A stretch of DNA of 64,000 nt. It comes from Candidatus Altimarinota bacterium (GTDB lineage: Bacteria > Patescibacteriota > Gracilibacteria > UBA4473). The notes beneath the pieces are model-generated. The model was not told where the DNA came from. It was given only the letters and a program-made list of their open reading frames with translations, and ran no database searches. Location: positions 1,152,001 through 1,216,000 of the forward strand of contig OZ246423.1 in assembly GCA_965231215.1 (NCBI GenBank), read 5' to 3'. Shown here piece by piece: positions 9,032-16,713 of this stretch (position 1 is the stretch's first letter; every line of letters begins with the position of its first letter). The position numbers and the translations under genes were made by a program.

Positions 9032-10929
9032 TATTGTTTCAAAACCTCGACAATAGCTTTTTCACCGATGTTAGCGCTATCATACAGTTCAGCTGGTTTT
9101 CCAGAGAGTTGGTATTCTTCAACCGCAATAGATTTAAAACTGTCTAGCGCAATGCCATTTTCTGCGGCATAGAGAGCCACCTGCGAGGCATAACCATTTT
9201 TACGATTGTGGTCTTCTACCACAATGACATTTTTGGTTTTTTCCAGGGAGGCCTTGAGGCCATCATCAAACTGCTTTGGGCTTGAGGCAATAAGGATTTC
9301 AGCGTCTGCTTCGCTTCCTTTAACCGCATTAAGCGCTTCAATCACCATTGGCCCTGAGGCCACAATGGTAACATCGCTTCCTTCTCGGAGGAGGTCAGTT
9401 TTTCCGTAGTAGTACTCGTATTTTTCATCAAAAAGGATTGAGCCATCTGCCTTAGTAAGAACTGGAATTTTGTGCCGCCCCATTCGTACATAGAAGTTTC
9501 CATAATGACTTCCGGCGTATCGGATAATTCGGTCACAGTGGTTTGGGTCAGCCGGTTCACATACATGTGTATTAAACATTCCAAGGAAAGAGCCCATATC
9601 ATCAATGGCTTGATGGGTTGGTCCATCTTCTCCTACAGAAAGTCCACAGTGAGTAGAGACCATTTTTACATTTGTTCCATTAATATCGTTAACTCGAGCC
9701 TGGTCTTTGGCTCTAGAACTCATAAAGGCTCCAAAGGTAGAAACAAAAGGGGTATATCCATTAACAGAAAGCCCTCCTCCAACACTCACCATGTTTTGTT
9801 CACAGATTCCAAATTCTAAATGTTGATCTGGGAGTTCAGCTTTTACAAATTTGGTCATAACCGACCCTCCAAGATCAGCGGTGCCAGCTAGAACCTTTTT
9901 GTTCGCTTGCGCTAGGCTGAGGAGCGCTTTTCCATAGGCAGACCGACAATCGGTCATCTCCTCAGCTGTATAGAGATTTGGAGTGCCTGGATTAACCTCT
10001 GTTTTTTTCAGATTGTCATGCCAGTGGTGAGTGTCTGGGTGGAAGTTTCGGTTCGCTCTAAAGTCATTAAGTACCGCTGCTTCTTCGTCACTGAGAGTGA
10101 GTTCGCTTAGACTTAGTTGCTCGTCAATTTGATCTGGTTTAGGCGCTTTCCCGTGCCAGTCAGCTTTGTCGTTGCGCCCAGCGGCTTCCATCATGGGGAT
10201 GCCTTTTCCCATAATAGTTTGCCCCACAATCATGAGGGGTTTGTCAGACTCAGTGTTGATAGCTTTCCAGATTTGGTTGTGGTCATGTCCGTCAATTTCA
10301 ATGACTTTCCATCCGTGTGCTCGGAACATTTCAGCCACATCAATTGGCATAGTGGCTTTGAGACTATCGGTGAGTTGGACTCGGTTGTAGTCACAGAAAA
10401 CAATAAAATTATCTAAGTTCTTTTTAGCAGCAAAAAGCGCCATTTCATGTACTTGGCCCTCTTGAGCCTCTCCATCTCCAAGTAAGGCAAAAACTTTTTT
10501 GTTAGACCCTTTTAATTTCTCGGCCACAGCAAAACCCGAAGCCGCAGAAACCCCAACCCCTAATGGGCCAGTTCCAAAATGAACTCCGGCTACATGTCGG
10601 GTTACATGCCCTTCATAAACAGATCCAATTTGTCTGAAAGTGTTCTTTACCTCTTGCGTGTCAATGGCTCCCATTTCGGCCAATACGCTGTAGACTCCTG
10701 GAGAAATATGTCCGTTTGAGACAATAACGGGCTCATGAGTTTCACCAATACGGAAGGCATACAGTACTGCCAAAAAATCCAAACAACTCAAACTCCCTCC
10801 AGGATGACCAGACTGAGAGGTTTTGAGCATTTCTAAAATAGAACGTCTGCAAGATTTGGTAAAAGTATTAAGAAAAGCACTTTGTTCTGGGCTCAGATGG
10901 TCTGTACTGGTAGGGGTGATGAAGTTCAT
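9028..10929 (-). CDS. tkt: Transketolase
   Basis: SGHPGGSL, SNGH, TPP-binding GDGEAQEG...N, GEDGPTHQ; start moved to ATG 10929. Confidence 0.93.
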   Translation of the reverse strand: MNFITPTSTDHLSPEQSAFLNTFTKSCRRSILEMLKTSQSGHPGGSLSCLDFLAVLYAFRIGETHEPVIVSNGHISPGVYSVLAEMGAIDTQEVKNTFRQIGSVYEGHVTRHVAGVHFGTGPLGVGVSAASGFAVAEKLKGSNKKVFALLGDGEAQEGQVHEMALFAAKKNLDNFIVFCDYNRVQLTDSLKATMPIDVAEMFRAHGWKVIEIDGHDHNQIWKAINTESDKPLMIVGQTIMGKGIPMMEAAGRNDKADWHGKAPKPDQIDEQLSLSELTLSDEEAAVLNDFRANRNFHPDTHHWHDNLKKTEVNPGTPNLYTAEEMTDCRSAYGKALLSLAQANKKVLAGTADLGGSVMTKFVKAELPDQHLEFGICEQNMVSVGGGLSVNGYTPFVSTFGAFMSSRAKDQARVNDINGTNVKMVSTHCGLSVGEDGPTHQAIDDMGSFLGMFNTHVCEPADPNHCDRIIRYAGSHYGNFYVRMGRHKIPVLTKADGSILFDEKYEYYYGKTDLLREGSDVTIVASGPMVIEALNAVKGSEADAEILIASSPKQFDDGLKASLEKTKNVIVVEDHNRKNGYASQVALYAAENGIALDSFKSIAVEEYQLSGKPAELYDSANIGEKAIVEVLKQY

Positions 10930-10963
10930 AAATATTGAGAGGGTAAAATCGATTCTATTGTAT

Positions 10964-11005
10964 AAAAAAAACACCACTCGCCAAGTACTTCTTGGCAAGT
11001 GGTGT
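10964..11005 (-). terminator. Rho-independent terminator (minus strand)
   Basis: 15-bp stem ACACCACTTGCCAAG/CTTGGCGAGTGGTGT with one G-U on the minus strand, followed by a T run. Confidence 0.75.
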
Positions 11006-11295
11006 AGGGGAAATTAAAAAAACTTTAGGGTCTAAGTTTAGGTTTATAGAGAGGTTGGTAATCATTTTTACTACAAGCAAAAGCGCCTAGGCCTGGCGCT
11101 GATTCTCTCTAAAATTAGGGAGAGAAGGAAAGCCTGAATAAAAGAGCCTCTATGAAAATAAAAAAACACCAGTTTTGATGTTTTTTTATAAATAGTTTTT
11201 TTCGTGGAGCTACTTATGGCGGCTTATTAGAGAATGAAATTTGACAAAAAATAGAATAGTGTGTAATTTTTGCAAAAAATTAGCCCAACCTAACT

Positions 11296-12591
11296 ATGGA
11301 ATCTAAAATCGATGTTTCGGAGATAGCGGAAGAGGATATTTTATATGGCTACGAGGAAAATGGTGAAGATAAAAGTTACTCTCCTGAGGTTAAAGTAGCT
11401 TACTGGAAGAATCAATGTGAGCGAGCTATAAAAAATTTTAGTGCGAATATTCCAGACGTAGGAACCCTTATGGAAGATTTTAGGAGTATTATGTCAGCGG
11501 ATCCTATGACAAAAATTATCCGATTTAATGAATTAGTGGATTTATGTCCTAATGAAGAATTTAAACAGAGGATGGGAGACCTAACGGCTGAAGTAGAGAA
11601 AATTTGCTGGGACAAAGGCTTTAGATATAGCGGAGCTTTACTAACTCCGAACGAACATGACCGTTGTGGTAGCACTAGAGGTAAATATGGAGATATAGCT
11701 CCTAATATTCCTTTCCCAATTATTGAAAGTATGATTCTAGAAGGAAAAATCAACGGTGATCTTTTGGCTGAGGAGCTTGAATATATAGAAGGAAAATCTG
11801 AAGATAGGAAAGGTTTAAGTCTAGAAGAAGTAGATAGAGCTCGTAGACTTAGTGGTAATACTCGCTTAAACCTAGAGACAGGAGAAGCCACTAAAGAGAT
11901 CGATGAGGAGGCGTCTAAAGATTCTTACTATTTTCTTAATGAAGACGAAAAGGCCTCTGTGGTAGCTAGAGAGTCCAAAGTTTTGACAGGTGTTAGCCAA
12001 ATAATGGCAGAAGTTTCAGGGAGCTTAAAGGGCAAACTATCGATCCTATCACAGAAGATTCAAGCCTACTCTAAAGGTGAAGTTTCAACAGCTAATTTAT
12101 TACAAGCTCATGATGATTTTTGTAGTGGGTTAGGTGATCGACAAGAATTTAACCTAAAAAGGTTTATTAAACATTTAAGGGCTCTTAATTTTGAGTTAGG
12201 ATACCGAGATCCTATATTAACCCCCCAAGAAATATTATTACGTTCTGGGGCTGAAGTTGGTGAAAATTTTACAGGTCAGCCTTACACGCCATTAGCCATT
12301 CAAGACAGATCATTAAGCGTAGAAGAAGTCCGAAGACTAAGGGATGGAGAATGTGGAGTTATGATTATAACAACCCAAGTTCAAGGTATGGGTGATTATC
12401 CAGATTCGACCTTCCGCCTAGAAACTTTGGATGATACTGGAAAGACAGTTACCAGTCCTAACCTAGTTGATAGAGATGATCCAGGGGCAGAAATGAGCGA
12501 ACAATACCGAGAAATGATAGCTCCTGAATTTGCTAAAAACTTCCCTTTTCCCAGAGACGACGATTGGTTTATGGTAAAAGAAAAAAGTTGA
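11296..12591 (+). CDS. Hypothetical acidic protein
   Basis: 431-aa ORF; upstream TTGACA-17nt-TAATTT promoter. Confidence 0.75.
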   Translation: MESKIDVSEIAEEDILYGYEENGEDKSYSPEVKVAYWKNQCERAIKNFSANIPDVGTLMEDFRSIMSADPMTKIIRFNELVDLCPNEEFKQRMGDLTAEVEKICWDKGFRYSGALLTPNEHDRCGSTRGKYGDIAPNIPFPIIESMILEGKINGDLLAEELEYIEGKSEDRKGLSLEEVDRARRLSGNTRLNLETGEATKEIDEEASKDSYYFLNEDEKASVVARESKVLTGVSQIMAEVSGSLKGKLSILSQKIQAYSKGEVSTANLLQAHDDFCSGLGDRQEFNLKRFIKHLRALNFELGYRDPILTPQEILLRSGAEVGENFTGQPYTPLAIQDRSLSVEEVRRLRDGECGVMIITTQVQGMGDYPDSTFRLETLDDTGKTVTSPNLVDRDDPGAEMSEQYREMIAPEFAKNFPFPRDDDWFMVKEKS

Positions 12592-12605
12592 TTAATACCA
12601 AATCT

Positions 12606-13011
12606 TTAAGAGAAACTGGCTAAGAACTTAGCAAAGAGCTTGTTACTACTTTTAGGATTGTATACTACTGGCTCAATCCCATTCACCTTGGCAATAAACT
12701 CAGCCGCTTTATCAAACGGTACAGAGCTGAAGTAATAGCCACGTTGGACTTTGTCTCGTTCCATACACCACTTAAAGGCTCGAACATGATCGGTGTTAAT
12801 ATAGTCGAATTTGTTTTGGCCGTGTCATTCTGGGTCATAATGTTTACATTGAGCATACATCAAACTGCCATTGCTAAACTCAATGGTAATATCTACGCCA
12901 TTATCTCCACCGTGTGAACCGCCTTTATGCGTCACCTTAACCTCCTCTGCATTTCTTAAACTTTTTACGCAGAACTTCTGAGCAAGCTTGTTCGTATTCA
13001 TACCAATTCAT
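12606..13011 (-). pseudogene. Mrr-like PD-(D/E)XK restriction endonuclease pseudogene
   Basis: Manual translation: MNWYEYEQACSEVLRKK / 1-nt frameshift / ...GGDNGVDITIEF...AQCKHYDPE*HGQ...VRAF...GYYFSS; in-frame TGA at 12827-12825; absent from the ORF track. Confidence 0.75.
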
Positions 13012-13083
13012 CAAAATGTTATAACAAAAAGGTTATAATGTTCCAATTATTTTAGTTGAAACATTTACTACGCTTTAAATTAA

Positions 13084-13287
13084 ATGAAGCGCGAGTTAAA
13101 CGATCAAAAATTACTAGCCAGCGGCGATGTCCGAAAGCTTTTAGGCGTGTCGTACCAATTTATAGAAAAGTTGGTTAATGCTGGCCGTTTACCCTACTAC
13201 CAAACCTCTAGTGGTCGTATTTTCCGTGAAGCAGACGTACTAAAAATCAAAGATGAGCGTGCTGTACAATCTTGCGGCCAACCATGA
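13084..13287 (+). CDS. Excisionase-like helix-turn-helix DNA-binding protein (HTH_17/MerR-like)
   Basis: LLASGDVRKLLGVSYQFIEKLVNAGRLP...GRIFREADV pattern. Confidence 0.75.
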   Translation: MKRELNDQKLLASGDVRKLLGVSYQFIEKLVNAGRLPYYQTSSGRIFREADVLKIKDERAVQSCGQP

Positions 13288-13360
13288 TGACCAAATGTAC
13301 TGTGACGCTGAGGTTCAGGCTCACTGGACTCCAATTGTTCAATCTGTATTTTATAAATAT

Positions 13361-13762
13361 ATGAAAAAAGTACTAAAGAGGTTAAAGCAGTTCAAAAAAC
13401 CTATCATAAGGGTTTCCGAGATGCTCTATGAAAAAGGCTTAGTAATTAAAGAAACTATAGATTTCACCGTTAAGTCTAGCCTTTATATCTATGCAGGTTT
13501 TTGGATATTAATTCTTATGTGGTTCGTGCACAGCAACCGAATAAAAGAAGAAGAGCTAGTGCTAAATATAAAACTAATACTCAAAGAGTCTGAATATTTG
13601 ATACCGGTAAGTACCTTTGGGGTTTTATTGTTTGTTTTCACTGTCTTAATTCCATTTTTTCCTAATCTTATTAAAAGTAAAACCGGACGTGTTTTTCTAT
13701 TTTCCTGTATATTAATGTTATCTCTCTTTACTCTTGTAAAAGTTGTTATAACTCTCTCTTAA
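13361..13762 (+). CDS. Hypothetical membrane protein
   Basis: About three hydrophobic segments; start uncertain (13253 or 13361). Confidence 0.5.
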   Translation: MKKVLKRLKQFKKPIIRVSEMLYEKGLVIKETIDFTVKSSLYIYAGFWILILMWFVHSNRIKEEELVLNIKLILKESEYLIPVSTFGVLLFVFTVLIPFFPNLIKSKTGRVFLFSCILMLSLFTLVKVVITLS

Positions 13763-13930
13763 GGAAAAAGTGCGTAACGAGAATCTTCTTATCTAAACAA
13801 AGTTTAGAACGAAGCCTTCAGTACCAAATTAAAATTTGGGCTTACCGTCGAACTCTTATCGTTCGATCCTCAGCCCTTTCGGGCTATACAAAAAATTTCT
13901 CAAACCTTATCAGGCTTAAGAAGTTTTTCG

Positions 13931-14006
13931 TGGAGCGCGTGATGGGAATCGAACCCATATCCGCGGCTTGGAAGGCCGAAATAATAAGCCATTATACTAC
14001 ACGCGC
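13931..14006 (-). tRNA. tRNA-Gly (anticodon TCC)
   Basis: 76 nt; acceptor stem GCGCGTG/CACGCGC, anticodon loop CTTCCAA, T-loop TTCGATT, encoded CCA. Confidence 0.97.
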
Positions 14007-14073
14007 GCTTAGCGAAGATCATTCTAGAAATATTGGGTTGTCGGTCAATATTTTTTCCCTATTTTGGTAATGT

Positions 14074-14580
14074 ATGTTTCAGAAAGGTCAGATTTGGGCT
14101 TATCCTACCGATACAAGTTTTGGTCTTGGAGTGCGTGTTGATGACCCCAAAATGCTTTTAGCGCTCAAAACCCTAAAACGAAGATCTCCAGAAAAATATT
14201 TTTCTCTTATGGTAAAGGATTGGGATATGTTACAGGTCTTTGCTGAAATTCCTCACAATCTTTCAGTAGCCTTTTTTGAAGCCGATCCGGTTACCGTTAT
14301 TCTTACTCCTTCCTCCCATCTGCCGAAAACAGAATTTTGGCCTGAAGACAAAGTGGCCTTTAGGATTTGTACTATTCCTCAGATAGCCAAATACATCGAA
14401 TGTCCCATTACCGCTACTTCAGCCAATATTTCGGGACAAGACCCGCTTTATAATGTTAAGGATCTTAAAGCTAAATTTAAGGATGAAATACAGATTTGTG
14501 ATTATACCGAAAGCCTACCATTGATAGCCCCATCCGCTATTTGGGATTTTACTCAGGAGCCACCACAACGGCTTCGCTAA
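14074..14580 (+). CDS. tsaC: Sua5/YrdC threonylcarbamoyl-AMP synthase
   Basis: YPTDTSFGL, KxR, VAFR, PITATSANISG. Confidence 0.9.
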   Translation: MFQKGQIWAYPTDTSFGLGVRVDDPKMLLALKTLKRRSPEKYFSLMVKDWDMLQVFAEIPHNLSVAFFEADPVTVILTPSSHLPKTEFWPEDKVAFRICTIPQIAKYIECPITATSANISGQDPLYNVKDLKAKFKDEIQICDYTESLPLIAPSAIWDFTQEPPQRLR

Positions 14581-15043
14581 GAAATTCCCATAGACTCTGC
14601 CCAGAAATGGTGAGAAGGGCTATGATTAAAGCACTTCCAATCATGCCTAATCCTATAAGTATAAAAGCTTTCCAGAATTTTACCCCGAAGAGATAGGCGA
14701 GTAATGAACCAGAAAAAACACCGCTGCCTGGAATAGGTATAGCCACAAAAATAATGAGAAATAGCTCTCCCACAGTTTGCATTTTTTTGCTGTGTTTTTT
14801 GCGCGTCTTTTCAAATATTTTATGGAGTAGTTTATCTAGTGGAGGGCAATGTTTTCGAGTTAGATTAACCACTATAGGGAGTGCTAAAAGCATGCAAGCC
14901 GTAACCAAAAGCCCCCCTATACTTGAAATTAGTATGACGTCATACAGCGGCAACTTGTAGTGTAAATGCCCGACAGGAATAGAAGCTCTTAACTCTAATA
15001 TGGGAGTAATAGAAAGCCAAAATGTGTAAAAGTATTCTTTCAT
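14549..15043 (-). CDS. COG2426 small multidrug export family membrane protein
   Basis: PILELRASIP and FVAIPIPGSG motifs; start moved to ATG 15043. Confidence 0.85.
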   Translation of the reverse strand: MKEYFYTFWLSITPILELRASIPVGHLHYKLPLYDVILISSIGGLLVTACMLLALPIVVNLTRKHCPPLDKLLHKIFEKTRKKHSKKMQTVGELFLIIFVAIPIPGSGVFSGSLLAYLFGVKFWKAFILIGLGMIGSALIIALLTISGQSLWEFLSEAVVVAPE

Positions 15044-15272
15044 ACTTGGGGCATGATATTGAGGACTTTTTTTTTGCCAAGTATTGAAGCTAAATCTGTA
15101 AAAAATGTGGAGAATAAAAAATTTGTTCCTTCTGAGTAAAAAAATGAAACATAAATCTTTGATTTTCAATTATAAACTACAAAAAAAGCTTGTATAAACA
15201 CATTTTTTGTTCTATATTTTGCTCAAACAAATGATTTCCCCTTTTATAGAGAGCCTTTTGCCTGTTTAGGAG

Positions 15273-15303
15273 TTTTGCACAGCTTGTACACAAGTTTTGC
15301 ACA
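15273..15303 (+). promoter_or_regulatory. Three tandem DnaA-box-like 9-mers upstream of rsmH
   Basis: TTTTGCACA (15273), TTGTACACA (15284), TTTTGCACA (15295); 11-bp period; consensus TTWTNCACA. Confidence 0.55.
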
Positions 15304-15327
15304 TTTACTTAAATTTTGTTCATCTTT

Positions 15328-16263
15328 ATGCCAGTAAAAAAGCCACTTCACGACCCTGTACTTCTCAATGAAATTTTGGATTTACTGGTTTTGGATCAAA
15401 CAAATGTGGTTTTTGATGGGACTTTGGGGTTGGGGGGACATGCCGAAGCTATTTTAACACACTGCCCAAAGTTAGATTTGTATGTTGGCTGTGATTTAGA
15501 TCAACAGCATTTAGATATGGCTAAGGAGCGACTCTCTCCTTGGGCCAAAAAGCTAAAGCTGTTTCAGGCTAATTTTTCTGAAATAGAGATTCTTCTGCCA
15601 GATGAAGTAGGGAATAAAGCGCTTAGTATTTTGTTAGATCTTGGAGTTTGTTCCAATCATCTAGATGATGGGGGGAAAGGGTTTTCATTTCAGTCTAATG
15701 GGCCGTTAGTGATGTCTTTTGATGGGACAGAAGAACCTAATTGCGAAACGATTGTTAATACCGCTTCTGAGGTAGAACTATCACAAATTTTAAAAGACTT
15801 CGGTGAAGAACCGCTCGCCAGAAAAATTGCAAAAAACATTGTGCAACATCGAACTCATAAAGCGATTAAAACGACTCAAGATTTAAGAGCTATTGTTGAA
15901 TCAAGCGTGTATCCCAAAGATAGAAAAAAAAGCCTCATGCGTGTATTTCAGGCGTTTAGAATTGCCACCAATGATGAACTTGGGCATTTAAAGCGAGTTT
16001 TGGAATCAAGTATTAAGTGTATGAAATCAGGGGATAGAATTGGAATTATTGCTTATCACTCATTAGAAGATCGTATCGTGAAAAAATTTTTTAAAGAAGG
16101 TTCAAAGCCTGAAACAATCAGTACCAAATTTGATTTACATCAAGAGGTAGCGCCTGCAAAGTTCAAGCTTATCACCAAGAAAGCCGTAACTCCGACTAAA
16201 ACAGAAATAAGTCAAAACCCTAGAGCTCGGTCAGCTCGATTGCGTATTGCTGAAAAAATCTAA
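15328..16263 (+). CDS. rsmH: 16S rRNA m4C1402 methyltransferase
   Basis: HDPVLL, DGTLGLGGH, DLGV, FQAFRIATNDEL, YHSLEDRIVK, NPRARSARLR. Confidence 0.97.
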   Translation: MPVKKPLHDPVLLNEILDLLVLDQTNVVFDGTLGLGGHAEAILTHCPKLDLYVGCDLDQQHLDMAKERLSPWAKKLKLFQANFSEIEILLPDEVGNKALSILLDLGVCSNHLDDGGKGFSFQSNGPLVMSFDGTEEPNCETIVNTASEVELSQILKDFGEEPLARKIAKNIVQHRTHKAIKTTQDLRAIVESSVYPKDRKKSLMRVFQAFRIATNDELGHLKRVLESSIKCMKSGDRIGIIAYHSLEDRIVKKFFKEGSKPETISTKFDLHQEVAPAKFKLITKKAVTPTKTEISQNPRARSARLRIAEKI

Positions 16264-16268
16264 AAAAT

Positions 16269-16631
16269 ATGAACGTAACTTATATAGACACAACACAAAG
16301 TAATCCATTAGAAAATGGAGGCCTGTCTTTGCAGGGTGCTGATTTTCTCAAATATGGGTTGAAATGTGCCTGGGGGCTCAACGTAATACTGGGGATTGTC
16401 TACTTAATGTTATTAAATTCTTTAGCTACTCAGGGGTTTGATCTCGAGTCTATAAAAGCCGATCAATTAGCCTTACAAAAAACAATTGAAGCTTCAGATA
16501 TTTCCCTGGCTATTCCTTCAAGTATGTATGCTTTGGAAAGTAATGAAATAATTCAGGAAATGCCTTTGGCCGATTACAAGAGTTTCTTCGTGGTAAGAGA
16601 TCATGAGGTCGCTTTTTTAGAGAAATATTAG
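16269..16631 (+). CDS. Probable FtsL-like cell division protein
   Basis: Single TM helix plus short coiled coil, directly after rsmH (canonical ftsL position). Confidence 0.55.
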   Translation: MNVTYIDTTQSNPLENGGLSLQGADFLKYGLKCAWGLNVILGIVYLMLLNSLATQGFDLESIKADQLALQKTIEASDISLAIPSSMYALESNEIIQEMPLADYKSFFVVRDHEVAFLEKY

Positions 16632-16713
16632 GCTCATTTTACATTCGTCGATCTTAGGCTTTTTTAGGCATTTTTTGGTTGAGTTTTAGGCCATTTTTTG
16701 GTATAATGCTCAG

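Larger units (their letters stand above)
11198..13936. mobile_element. Decayed integrative element remnant at the tRNA-Gly 3' end
   Basis: 13-bp direct repeat TTTTTCGTGGAGC at 11198-11210 and 13924-13936 (includes tRNA 3' end); encloses excisionase-like HTH and endonuclease pseudogene; no integrase. Confidence 0.5.

Noticed and set aside
11043-11156. FMN or other known riboswitch
   Set aside because: Only the 3' AAAGCCTGAATAAAAGAG loosely resembles the FMN end; conserved core motifs are absent
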